Source: an uncultured Bacteriovoracaceae bacterium
GTDB lineage: Bacteria; Desulfobacterota; Desulfomonilia; UBA1062
Reading direction: 5' to 3'
DNA length: 64,000 bases
Assembly: GCA_964618975.1 (NCBI GenBank)
Contig: CAZUDI010000001.1
Location: 2,234 to 66,233, forward strand
Shown here: positions 47,268 through 56,047 of the stretch, in pieces
Numbering within the stretch: the stretch's first letter is position 1
Layout of the letters: every line of letters starts with the position of its first letter
Position numbers and translations under genes: made by a program
The notes under the pieces: generated by a model
The model's input: only the letters and a program-made list of their open reading frames with translations
The model's database searches: none
What the model was told of the DNA's origin: nothing

Positions 47268-47336
47268 GGTCGTGCTTGTCCTTTTCCCCGTGCACTCATG
47301 AAGGGCCAATCCCATCGGGGAACGGCGGTTAGCAAT

Positions 47337-47702
47337 CTAGTGGTCGTGGCCGTCACACCCGTCGTGAGCGTGGCACTCGATTCGGGAATCCTCAAGCGCC
47401 CCGCCCAGCCAAGCCTCCAGGACCACCTGAACCTCGCCACTGCACCCGCGTACCACCTCGATCCCGTGAGAGGACAGCACGTTGACCGCACCCGCCCCCA
47501 TGTTCCCGGCCAGCATCACCGTGACGCCCATGGCCGAGAGGGTATCCACGATCCCGGTCTTGCACCCGCATCCCGCAGGGGGTTGCACAACCTCCCTGCC
47601 CGTGATCCGTTTCTGGTCATCGACCTCGAAGACCGTAAAGTGCTCGCAATGTCCGAAATGCTCATCAACCCTGTTTCCCGTCGACGGAAGTGCAATCTTC
47701 AT
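47337..47702 (-). CDS. NifB/NifX-family (dinitrogenase FeMo-cofactor-binding domain) protein
   Basis: The 121-aa protein begins MKIALPSTGNRVDEHFGHCEHFTVFEV and has a His/Cys-rich C-terminus. Confidence 0.7.
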   Translation of the reverse strand: MKIALPSTGNRVDEHFGHCEHFTVFEVDDQKRITGREVVQPPAGCGCKTGIVDTLSAMGVTVMLAGNMGAGAVNVLSSHGIEVVRGCSGEVQVVLEAWLGGALEDSRIECHAHDGCDGHDH

Positions 47703-48007
47703 TTCATCCTCCCTGTAGCGCTGTTTTCTGAACCTTCCTTGCTGTCGGTCCTCCGCCGGATCGTGCCGGGGGAAACCCTGCCAATGCGGGAATGCAGCTT
47801 AAATCGGGTATGTGTCATCTTTCCTCCCCATATCCTTAAATCGTACGCTCATCAAGCCTCAATTCCCTTTGTGGGGGGGCTGCCGGCCACGGTTGCAGGC
47901 CTGCCTTTGGCGCACAAGCCTGCTCTCCCCTATGGGTGATCTTATCTACGGGAAGGTTGTCTGCTTCCCGGGCAGGAAGCTACTGGGCCTTACCGCCCGG
48001 TAAGTGC

Positions 48008-49405
48008 CTAGGTCGGGATACTGGCCGATGCCACCGCGGTGCCCTTACGATACAGTTTGAGCGCCTGAGCCATATGCACGGCCCCTTCGATGCTGTGGGC
48101 CACGGGAACGCCGTTGATCTCGAAGCCCTCGATGAGCATGCGGTATTTCTCGAGGCGCGGGATATAGGCCACCATCGGTTTGCCGACTTTGGTCTGGACA
48201 CGGGCGAGCATGCCGCCAAGGTCCGGGGAAATGCCCGGAAAATAAGGCAGGAGCAGCATGATGAGGCAGTCGATATCCTCCATCATGGCGAGTTCGGTGG
48301 CGGCCTGGATGAAATCCTCGTCGGTGGAGCTGCCGGTGAGGTCGATGGGATTGGAACAGGTGGCGATCGATTTCACGGTGGGCGAGAGCTGACTGCGTAC
48401 CCTTTCCTGGTCGCTGCTGCCCAGATCAGGCACGCTGAGGCCATACAGGCTGCAAAGGTCCGTGGCCAGGGCCCCGTGACCGCCGCTGCCGGTGATGATA
48501 CCTACCCGGCCGGGAATGGAGCGGGGGTGATTGCTGAGGGCCTCGCTGAAATAGAGCAGTTCGGCCAGACTCCTGGCCTCGACGATGCCGTACTGGGAAA
48601 GCACGGAGGAGAAGACCTTGTAATCGCCGGCCAACGAGGCGGTATGACTGGATACCGCCCGGCTCCCCCCGGGCGTCTTGCCCGATTTGAGGACGATGAT
48701 AGGCTTGTTGCAGCGGCGCGAGGCCTCGAGGAACTCACGGCCCTCTTTCTCGGTGAAGCCCTCCACATAGAAGGAGATCACCCGCGTCTCGGGATCGTGT
48801 TCCAGGTAGTCGAGGAGATGGATCTCGCGAATCAGGGCCTTGTTTCCGATGCTGAGCCCCAGCGACATCCCCACCCCCTCGCCCAGGAAGCGGATCATCT
48901 GGTCCACGAGCACACCACCGGATTGGGAGATGAGGGCCACATTACCCTTCTGGGGAGTGACCATGCGTTCGGTGGGGAAGAAGAAGGTATCCACATGTCC
49001 CGGGGAGTAGATCCCCAGACAGTTGGGGCCGATGAAGGGGAAATCCGCCTCACGGGCCATGGCCACGATGCGTTCCTGAAGCCCGGTCGCCCCCACCTCG
49101 GCAAAACCGCCCGATATGATCGCCGCGCCGCCTACCCCGACCCGGATGCATTCCTCAAGGATACTGGGTACGCGCTCGGCCCGCGACGCGATCACGGCCA
49201 GATCTACCTTGTGCGGGAGATCAAGGATGCTCGCATACGCCATCTGCCCCTTGAACAGGCCGGCCTTGGGATTCACCGCATAGGTTTCAACGGGATAGCG
49301 CAACAGGTTCTTATAGTAGATCACGTTTGCGGGGTGAAGCTCGTTGTGGGAGGAAACGCCGACAACGGCCAAGGATTCCGGTTCAAACAAGGCCTTGAGA
49401 TTCAT
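48008..49405 (-). CDS. acyl-CoA synthetase (NDP/ADP-forming) alpha-domain protein; CoA-binding + succinyl-CoA-synthetase-like
   Basis: The start MNLKALFEPESLAVVGVS has an AAAGGAG SD, and the protein has a phospho-His loop region. There is no ATP-grasp domain in this gene. Confidence 0.7.
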   Translation of the reverse strand: MNLKALFEPESLAVVGVSSHNELHPANVIYYKNLLRYPVETYAVNPKAGLFKGQMAYASILDLPHKVDLAVIASRAERVPSILEECIRVGVGGAAIISGGFAEVGATGLQERIVAMAREADFPFIGPNCLGIYSPGHVDTFFFPTERMVTPQKGNVALISQSGGVLVDQMIRFLGEGVGMSLGLSIGNKALIREIHLLDYLEHDPETRVISFYVEGFTEKEGREFLEASRRCNKPIIVLKSGKTPGGSRAVSSHTASLAGDYKVFSSVLSQYGIVEARSLAELLYFSEALSNHPRSIPGRVGIITGSGGHGALATDLCSLYGLSVPDLGSSDQERVRSQLSPTVKSIATCSNPIDLTGSSTDEDFIQAATELAMMEDIDCLIMLLLPYFPGISPDLGGMLARVQTKVGKPMVAYIPRLEKYRMLIEGFEINGVPVAHSIEGAVHMAQALKLYRKGTAVASASIPT

Positions 49406-49683
49406 ACATGCTCCTTTCTGCCGTGCTTCTTCTAGGTGAATATAATGGAGGTCTGTAAAAAGACAACCGGGCCGGGCTAGAGGCAACTATCCTGTTTTTG
49501 CGAACGTTTCAATCCAGAAATACTGCTTATGGCATCCCTGCTCGTAACGCTGCAGGGCCTGTCTGGCCCCCTTTTCATCCCTGCAGGTGCCAACAAGGAA
49601 GCGGTGTCCATTATCGTCCTGGCGCCACAGGAGCCACACCTGTCTGCGCGGGGTGTCACCTGCCATGGCCGGGCCCTCCCTGA

Positions 49684-50175
49684 TCAGCGCGATGGATCGA
49701 AGCGCGTGTCGGAGCGCAGGCTACCGGCAGCGCGGACACCACCCTCGAGCCAGCCGATAAGGGCGCCGGGGCGATGATCGAAATCGGGTATATAGGGCTT
49801 GATATCCAGCAGCGGTGTGCCGTCGAGAATGTCCACGTCTTCGATGGTAAGGGTGGGGCCATCGATACCCAAAAGACGTACTACGGACAGCCCGATCGCA
49901 TTGGGTCTCCGCGGTGCGCGGGTGGCCAACACCCCGTGGGAGACCGTATCCAGAAAGGGTACCACATGCAGCTCATATCCGACCGAGCGATGGAAATGGT
50001 AGATCAGGATGATATGTGAGAAGCCTTCCAGGTCCTTGAGTCCCGGGGCATACTCATGTGCGAGGTGAACCCTGCCCTTGACACCGCGCGCTCCGGCCGG
50101 CTGGATGGGCATGCCCTCGAGTTCTATAAAGGGGCTGTGGATAACACCGATGGGGGTATACTGCAGCGACTCCAT
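49684..50175 (-). CDS. trmO: tRNA (N6-threonylcarbamoyladenosine(37)-N6)-methyltransferase TrmO / TsaA-family
   Basis: The 163-aa protein begins IGVIHSPF...GFSHIILIY and has the YaeB/TsaA-family pattern. Confidence 0.75.
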   Translation of the reverse strand: MESLQYTPIGVIHSPFIELEGMPIQPAGARGVKGRVHLAHEYAPGLKDLEGFSHIILIYHFHRSVGYELHVVPFLDTVSHGVLATRAPRRPNAIGLSVVRLLGIDGPTLTIEDVDILDGTPLLDIKPYIPDFDHRPGALIGWLEGGVRAAGSLRSDTRFDPSR

Positions 50176-50181
50176 TAGGTC

Positions 50182-50655
50182 CTATCCCTTTTCGAGGATC
50201 TGGTTGATTGCCCGCAGGTACCCGTGAAAACTCGCATCCATGGCCTCGAAGATCTCCTCCCTGGTGTACAGGCGCCCTTTGCCGATCCCCGGACACCCCA
50301 GGCAGACCTCGTCCCAGGCTTCCATCGTGCCGAGATTCTGGAACCAGAAGGGAAAGGTCCGACACTGCACCGGCCTGACGGGGTAGATAGCGCATCCGTT
50401 CTCATAGAAGATGCATCGTCCGTCCTCATCCTCACGGATGCTGAAGCCGTCCTGGAACGGGTACAGACAGTGCTCGATCATGACCTGGCGTGGGATGGTG
50501 AGATAACGGGCGATGGGCTCGAGCTCTTCGACGCTCACGAAGACAATACCGGGTTCGCCCGTACAGCAGGAACCACACTGCGTACATTCGAAACGCAGTC
50601 CCCCGTCGAAAAAGTAGGACCGGTCCTTCAGGGCCATCACCATCTCTTTCAGCAT
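50182..50655 (-). CDS. YkgJ-family cysteine-cluster protein (UPF0153)
   Basis: It has a CTQCGSCC motif plus downstream C..C pairs. Confidence 0.7.
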   Translation of the reverse strand: MLKEMVMALKDRSYFFDGGLRFECTQCGSCCTGEPGIVFVSVEELEPIARYLTIPRQVMIEHCLYPFQDGFSIREDEDGRCIFYENGCAIYPVRPVQCRTFPFWFQNLGTMEAWDEVCLGCPGIGKGRLYTREEIFEAMDASFHGYLRAINQILEKG

Positions 50656-50972
50656 ATGTAATCATCCCGCTGCGGGCAAAAGACATCAATGATCACGCAA
50701 TCTTCAAGCGAGCGCCCCGCATGTACGGTATCCGGTGGTATCAGGACCACCGCCCCGGGACCGAGTATCTGCGCATGGCCATCCACAAGCATCTCGAAGC
50801 GCCCTGTGATGATGTTAGTCACCTGCTCGTGTGGATGGGCATGTTCAGGCAAGACCTTCCCGGCTGAAACCTCCCAGTAGGCCACGGTCATGTTCCCGGT
50901 GTGCAGAAATCGGCCCCGGTAGCCAGGTACCATTTCGCGAGGTTCGATTTCCGTCCACCAGAGGGCTCTCAT
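50649..50972 (-). CDS. cupin-domain protein
   Basis: The start MRALWW has an AAGGA SD, and the protein has a HAHPHEQ metal-binding cupin motif. The ORF is open to 50996 via GTG. Confidence 0.6.
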   Translation of the reverse strand: MRALWWTEIEPREMVPGYRGRFLHTGNMTVAYWEVSAGKVLPEHAHPHEQVTNIITGRFEMLVDGHAQILGPGAVVLIPPDTVHAGRSLEDCVIIDVFCPQRDDYIC

Positions 50973-51388
50973 GCCTGATCCTTCAGTTTCAATCACGATG
51001 ATTTAGAATTCCCCATCGCTGGCAGCGCCAAGGGGGGCCCAGGGTTTTTCATACCTGTTATGACGAGGTCCCCTTTCGTACAACCAGTCATTCCGAGGAC
51101 TGAAGATCCCCCCCGAAAAGCAGGTCCCTTCAGCTCAGATAAGGGTCCCTTTTCATACATCTTGGTCCCCGACAGGTCAAGCCCTCATTCGGCGCCCCCG
51201 ACGGGAACGACGCAGCCCCCCCACATGCCACACCGCCAGCAAAGAGCTGCCGGTTCGATACGCGCCCCCCCATGAAACTATGGTTGTCCTTGCCGGGGCA
51301 GACGTCTTTCTGATCTATCAAGATTGGTCTTTCATTATAAATCATATGATAGTCTTGGGTTGCGTAGGCGTCTTTTCAATGGTGCATT

Positions 51389-51470
51389 AAAACTTGCCAT
51401 TTCAGTGCAAATATCGTCAAGCAATCAATTGAGAAGGAGGATTCAATCGTTAAAAAAAACTTGCCATTTC
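51389..51470 (+). promoter_or_regulatory. two direct repeats AAAACTTGCCATTTC (67 bp apart) in AT-rich region upstream of ferredoxin gene; candidate regulator binding sites
   Basis: Exact 15-mer copies start at 51389 and 51456. Confidence 0.3.
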
Positions 51471-51526
51471 GATATGATTCCTATACCACCCTGTTATAAA
51501 AACCACATACAGTAAGGAGAGCGGTT

Positions 51527-51700
51527 ATGGCATATGTTATCAATGACGAATGCATCTGCTGTGGGACCTGCATCGACGAGTGTCCCGTGAGTGCTATCAG
51601 TGAGGGAGACGAGAAATACAGCATCGATCCGGACACCTGCACCGATTGCGGGGCCTGTGCCGATGTGTGCCCCACGGACGCAATCGAACCCGGCGACTGA
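51527..51700 (+). CDS. 2x[4Fe-4S] ferredoxin (57 aa), not in ORF track (<60 aa)
   Basis: The gene (MAYVINDECICCGTCIDECPVSAISEGDEKYSIDPDTCTDCGACADVCPTDAIEPGD) has two CxxCxxCxxxCP motifs and an AAGGAG SD. Confidence 0.8.
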   Translation: MAYVINDECICCGTCIDECPVSAISEGDEKYSIDPDTCTDCGACADVCPTDAIEPGD

Positions 51701-51722
51701 TTGCCCCAGGTTAGACCAATCA

Positions 51723-51751
51723 CGGCATCACCGCCAAAGGTGGTGATGCCG
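51723..51751 (+). terminator. hairpin CGGCATCACC-gccaaa-GGTGGTGATGCCG downstream of ferredoxin (no T-tract; weak terminator or structured element)
   Basis: An inverted repeat is seen, with no U-run following. Confidence 0.25.
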
Positions 51752-51853
51752 GACACCCTGTTCCCCCCGATATCCTGAACCGTGAGTGCTTCTTTAAATC
51801 AAAGATTGTGCGGAACCGGGGTACGGGGTCGTTCTATGAGCCTGCATGCTTAC

Positions 51854-51892
51854 AAAAAAACACGCCCCTGGCCGGGAAACTTCCCGGCCAGG
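51854..51892 (-). terminator. rho-independent terminator for HU/IHF gene (CCTGGCCGGGAA-gtt-TCCCGGCCAGG + U7 on minus strand)
   Basis: A hairpin plus an AAAAAAA run (U-run on the minus strand) sits 55 nt downstream of the stop. Confidence 0.7.
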
Positions 51893-51945
51893 ATGTGTTT
51901 GCCTGGTCTTGATACCTTGTCTGACAGTGGGCTGGGTGAGGTGCG

Positions 51946-52233
51946 CTAGCCGTTACTGAGCTTGGACCTCAGGACATTCGACAAGGAAAAGGTCACCACC
52001 CGGCGCGGGGTGATGGTGATCTCCTCGCCGCTCTGGGGATTGCGCCCCCGACGGGCGGCTTTGTCCCTCACCTTCCACTTGCCGAAGCCGGAAATGCTCA
52101 CCGGATCACCCTTCTCCAGGGTCGCCTTGATGATCTCAATGAAAAGCTCGACGGAATCGCTGGCCTCTTTGCGGGACAAACCGGAGTTCAGCACTATCTC
52201 GTCAATGATACCACTCTTTGTCAGCGTGCCCAT
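51946..52233 (-). CDS. HU/IHF-family DNA-binding protein
   Basis: The 95-aa protein begins MGTLTKSGIIDEIV and has a GFGKWKVRDKAARRGRNPQSGEEITI beta-arm. Confidence 0.85.
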   Translation of the reverse strand: MGTLTKSGIIDEIVLNSGLSRKEASDSVELFIEIIKATLEKGDPVSISGFGKWKVRDKAARRGRNPQSGEEITITPRRVVTFSLSNVLRSKLSNG

Positions 52234-52288
52234 ACATTCCTCCTTACTTATAACTACATAGAATTATTAATTCCGCATCCTGCGTATG

Positions 52289-52636
52289 TCAATAGCCGAA
52301 TGGTTTTAAAGTGTTTTTTGCCAGGTGGGTGAATCCCAGATCACGGGCCATGATGGCCCGCAGGCCTGCAATCGAGAGGATGCGCACATCATGATTGACG
52401 CCGCAGGTGAAGGAAAAAACGTGCATTTTACCAAAAATATCTTCATATTCTATCGGTTCTATCTTCACCTTCCATCCCTGCTTGCGTGCGAAGGGCAGCA
52501 CCTTTTTCAGGTCCTCCCAGGCAAAGCATTCGGCCCAGTAATCTTCCCGCTGGATCCCGGTTGGACGTGAATGATCCTTGATGAGCTCATAGCGTCCCGA
52601 CAGGGGAATGGATAGATAGATGTTGTATTTATGCAT
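52289..52636 (-). CDS. hypothetical protein (115 aa) in AT-rich island
   Basis: The local GC is roughly 50% against roughly 65% in flanking DNA. I recognise no family. Confidence 0.45.
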   Translation of the reverse strand: MHKYNIYLSIPLSGRYELIKDHSRPTGIQREDYWAECFAWEDLKKVLPFARKQGWKVKIEPIEYEDIFGKMHVFSFTCGVNHDVRILSIAGLRAIMARDLGFTHLAKNTLKPFGY

Positions 52637-52724
52637 GGTCCTCTCTTATGCACTCTATCGTCAACGACCGCACACAACTTGAGAGACTCCGCTCCATCAT
52701 CCCGGAATACATAACCTTTATTCT

Positions 52725-52964
52725 CTATGGCTCGAATTCTATGCCGTTTCAGGACTTGCCGCGGGTTTTCATGCCCCAGCTTCGCTCTGGGCCACATTTA
52801 CCGCCATTTGTGGTAAAGGGGAGGTCAAGACCTGCCCCGGGATTAAGACATGATTCCCCCGCCCGTCCCGCCTTTCCTTTTAGTGGACAGAGGGTCAAAT
52901 TCCCCGCCGCTTACGGTGGCCAGGAGGGTCAGAAGCTTGCCCTGGGGTTCATCCCCCTGATTAA
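52725..52964. repeat. MITE/REP-like repeat, copy I (cluster of 2-3 units)
   Basis: It reads TCTATGGCTCGAATTC...GGACTTGCCGCGGGTTTTCATGCCCCAGC, then CCCCGGGATTAAGACATGATTCCCCCG, then GTCAAATTCCCCGCCGC...GAAGCTTGCCCTGGGGTTCATCCCCCTGATTAA. Confidence 0.8.
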
Positions 52965-52991
52965 CGGGTCCTCCCCTGCCCCCTTGTCGCT

Positions 52992-54350
52992 TCAGGCCAG
53001 CACACTCAGGGCATTACCGATCAGCACGAACGGCCTCAGGGTGAAATCCCTCCGGGGCGGGGCCAGGGATTCGGATCCCGCCTTGGGGATCACGGCCTGT
53101 GTGAAACCCATGCGGGAGGCCTCCCTGAGTCGGGCCTCCATGTTTCCCACAGGCCGCAACTCACCCGCCAGACCGATCTCGCCGATGCACACCGTGCCCC
53201 GGGGCACGACCCGATCCAGGGTCCCGGAGGCCACGGCCATAGCCACGGCCAGATCGCAGGCAGGCTCGATCACCTTCATCCCACCGGCCACATTCACGAC
53301 CACATCCGAGGCGGACAAGAAAACCCCGGCGCGCTTCTCCAATACCGCGAGCAGCACGTTCAGACGGGAGGTGTCGATCCCCATGGCAATACGGCGGGGT
53401 TGACTGAAGGCGGTAGAACTCACCAGCGACTGCACCTCGGCCACGATCGCTCGACTTCCCTCGAGGGTGGCCATCACGGCCGAGCCCGGCACATCCCCGC
53501 CCAGCCCGTGCACGAAGATGCTGGAGGGGTCTTGCACCTCTCTCAGTCCGGTGTCCTGCATCTCGAATACACCGATCTCGCCTGTGGGGCCGAAGCGGTT
53601 CTTGACGGCGCGCAGGATGCGGAAGGCACCGCTGTGCTCGCCCTCGAAATAGAGCACGGTATCCACCATGTGTTCGAGCATCTTGGGGCCTGCGATCCAG
53701 CCGTCCTTGGTGACGTGACCTATAACGAAAATCGTGACGCCCTCGCCCTTGGCGATCTCCATGCATACGCCCGCCGTGTGCCGGATCTGGGACATGCTTC
53801 CCGGGGGGGAATCCTGTACCGCGGAAAAGACCGCCTGGATGGAATCGATGATCACGAGGTCCGGCCTTATCAGGCCGATCTGGCGGCGGATGGACTCGAT
53901 CGTCACCTCGGAATAGACCAGGATATTATCCGACTTCACCCCCAGACGCTCGCCGCGCAACTTCAGCTGGGTAGGCGACTCTTCGCCGCTCACGTAGAGG
54001 ATGCGCTGGCCCCTGGCGGCGAGGCTCTGGGACACCTGAAGCATGAGCGTCGATTTGCCCACGCCAGGATCGCCGCCGATGAGCACCAGCGAACCCGGCA
54101 CCACGCCTCCGCCCAGGACCCGATCGACCTCGGGCAGTCCGCATTCACACCGGGCCAGGCCAGCAGTGGCAATAGCCGTGATGGGAACGGGGGCCTCACG
54201 TTCGGGCCTGATCCCGGTGTGGACCCTGGCCGAAGGGGCCCGGTCCTCCTCCAGGGTGTTCCATTCCCCGCAACGGGGACAGCGTCCCATCCACTGGGCG
54301 AAGTCGGCGCCGCAGGCCGAGCAGCTAAAGACCTTGCGGGGCTTTGACAT
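52992..54350 (-). CDS. radA: DNA repair protein RadA/Sms
   Basis: It has an N-terminal C4 zinc finger CSACGADFAQWMGRCPRCGEW, a Walker A GDPGVGKST, a KNRFG motif and a Lon-like C-terminus. Confidence 0.9.
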   Translation of the reverse strand: MSKPRKVFSCSACGADFAQWMGRCPRCGEWNTLEEDRAPSARVHTGIRPEREAPVPITAIATAGLARCECGLPEVDRVLGGGVVPGSLVLIGGDPGVGKSTLMLQVSQSLAARGQRILYVSGEESPTQLKLRGERLGVKSDNILVYSEVTIESIRRQIGLIRPDLVIIDSIQAVFSAVQDSPPGSMSQIRHTAGVCMEIAKGEGVTIFVIGHVTKDGWIAGPKMLEHMVDTVLYFEGEHSGAFRILRAVKNRFGPTGEIGVFEMQDTGLREVQDPSSIFVHGLGGDVPGSAVMATLEGSRAIVAEVQSLVSSTAFSQPRRIAMGIDTSRLNVLLAVLEKRAGVFLSASDVVVNVAGGMKVIEPACDLAVAMAVASGTLDRVVPRGTVCIGEIGLAGELRPVGNMEARLREASRMGFTQAVIPKAGSESLAPPRRDFTLRPFVLIGNALSVLA

Positions 54351-56047
54351 TACTGCTGGGTCACCCTGAGTACCTCCTCAATGGTGGTGATGCCGGCCTC
54401 CACCTTGCGGGCCCCATCCTCACGCAGGGTATGCAGGCCTTCGCGGATGCCCTGCTGCTTGATCTGATTGGAGTCCGAGGTCTTCAGGATGGTGGACTTG
54501 ATCGTATCCGTCATGGTGAGGATCTCGTAGATGCCGGTGCGTCCCTTGTATCCGGTGTCCAGACACTCGGGACAGCCGGCGCCACGGTAGAGGAAGCCGT
54601 CCTTGTCGAGCATCTCCTTGGACAGCCCGATCTCCAGCAGGCTCTCATCCTCGGGGAAGTAGGCCTGCCGGCACTTGTTGCAGATACGGCGCACCAACCG
54701 CTGCGCCATGATGGCGTTCACCGAGGAGGTCACCAGGAAGGGCTCGATACCCATGTCGATCAGCCGTGTGATGGCGCTGGAGGCATCGTTGGTATGCAGG
54801 GTGGAGAAGACCAGGTGGCCGGTGAGCGCCGCCTGGATGGCGATCTCGGCCGTCTCCAGATCACGTATCTCGCCCACCAGGATGACATCCGGGTCCTGAC
54901 GCACGATGGAGCGCAGGCCCGAGGCAAAGGTCAGGCCCACCTTGGCATTCACCGGAATCTGGCCTATTCCCTTGAGCTGGTATTCGATGGGGTCTTCAAT
55001 GGTGAGGATGTTCTTATCCGGCGAATTGATGCGATTGAGCATGGAATAGAGCGAGGTGGTCTTACCCGAACCGGTAGGGCCGGTGACAAGGACGATGCCG
55101 TGCTCCTGCCGGCTGAGCCGCTCCACGATGGCCAGGTCGTCGGGGTAGAAACCGAGCTCCTCGAGCCCGAGCAGCACCGAGGACTTGTCAAGGATACGCA
55201 TGACCACCCGCTCGCCGTTGACCGTGGGCACCACCGAGATCCGCAGATCCACGGAGTGGTCGCCGAGCTTGATGCCGATTCTCCCGTCCTGGGGCAGGCG
55301 CTTCTCCGCGATGTTCAGCGTGGCCATAACCTTGACGCGCGAGACCACCGCCGATTGCACCCGTTTGGGCAGGCTGAGCACGTCGTGCAGGATGCCATCC
55401 ACGCGAAAGCGTACCTTGACGTCGGTCTCGTAGGGTTCCACGTGGATATCGCTGGCACGTTCACGAAAGGCCTGCACCATGATGCGGTTCACGAGGCGAA
55501 TTATGGGCGCCTCGGTCTCCATCACGGTGATATCCTGGATGTTCTCGAGGTCCTTCAGGAGGGCATCCTCTTCCTCCTCGATGTCCGCCATGATCTCCTT
55601 GGCGCTTTCGTCCTTGAGTTCGTTGAGCCGGTTGATGGCGGCATATATCTCCTGCCGGGAGGCGAGCACGCGCCGCACGTGCTTGACACCGAGGGCACGC
55701 GAGATATCGAAGAGGGGTTCCTGCTCGTGGGGGTCGTGCACCGCCACCACCATATCATCCCCCTTCCACTTCAGGGGCACCATGGTGTAGCGCCTCAAAA
55801 AGCTCACCGGAAGCTTGTCCAGCAGCGCCGGGTCCACCTCGGGTTCACCGATCAGGGGCAGATATTCGATGTTCCACTGCAAGGAAAGGGCCTGCAGCAG
55901 GTCATGATCGCCGAGTTCACCGCTGGAAAGCAGGGCCTCTGCAAGACTCAGCCCCCTTTCCTGCTGCAGGGAGCGGGCCCGCTCCAGGGCATCCTCGTCG
56001 AGGATCTTCCCGGCGCGCAGCACATCTTCAAGGCTCTGGATTCGCAT
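54350..56047 (-). CDS. gspE: type II secretion / type IV pilus assembly ATPase GspE(PulE)-family
   Basis: It has an N-terminal T2SSE_N-like domain, a Walker A GPTGSGKT, a tetracysteine CNKC...CPEC motif and Asp/His boxes. Confidence 0.85.
   Translation of the reverse strand: MRIQSLEDVLRAGKILDEDALERARSLQQERGLSLAEALLSSGELGDHDLLQALSLQWNIEYLPLIGEPEVDPALLDKLPVSFLRRYTMVPLKWKGDDMVVAVHDPHEQEPLFDISRALGVKHVRRVLASRQEIYAAINRLNELKDESAKEIMADIEEEEDALLKDLENIQDITVMETEAPIIRLVNRIMVQAFRERASDIHVEPYETDVKVRFRVDGILHDVLSLPKRVQSAVVSRVKVMATLNIAEKRLPQDGRIGIKLGDHSVDLRISVVPTVNGERVVMRILDKSSVLLGLEELGFYPDDLAIVERLSRQEHGIVLVTGPTGSGKTTSLYSMLNRINSPDKNILTIEDPIEYQLKGIGQIPVNAKVGLTFASGLRSIVRQDPDVILVGEIRDLETAEIAIQAALTGHLVFSTLHTNDASSAITRLIDMGIEPFLVTSSVNAIMAQRLVRRICNKCRQAYFPEDESLLEIGLSKEMLDKDGFLYRGAGCPECLDTGYKGRTGIYEILTMTDTIKSTILKTSDSNQIKQQGIREGLHTLREDGARKVEAGITTIEEVLRVTQQ

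Noticed and set aside
51389-51410. Possible sigma-54 promoter (TTGCC...TGCA) upstream of the ferredoxin gene.
   Set aside because: The GG and GC elements are in the wrong order and spacing on both strands for the TGGCAC-N5-TTGCA consensus.
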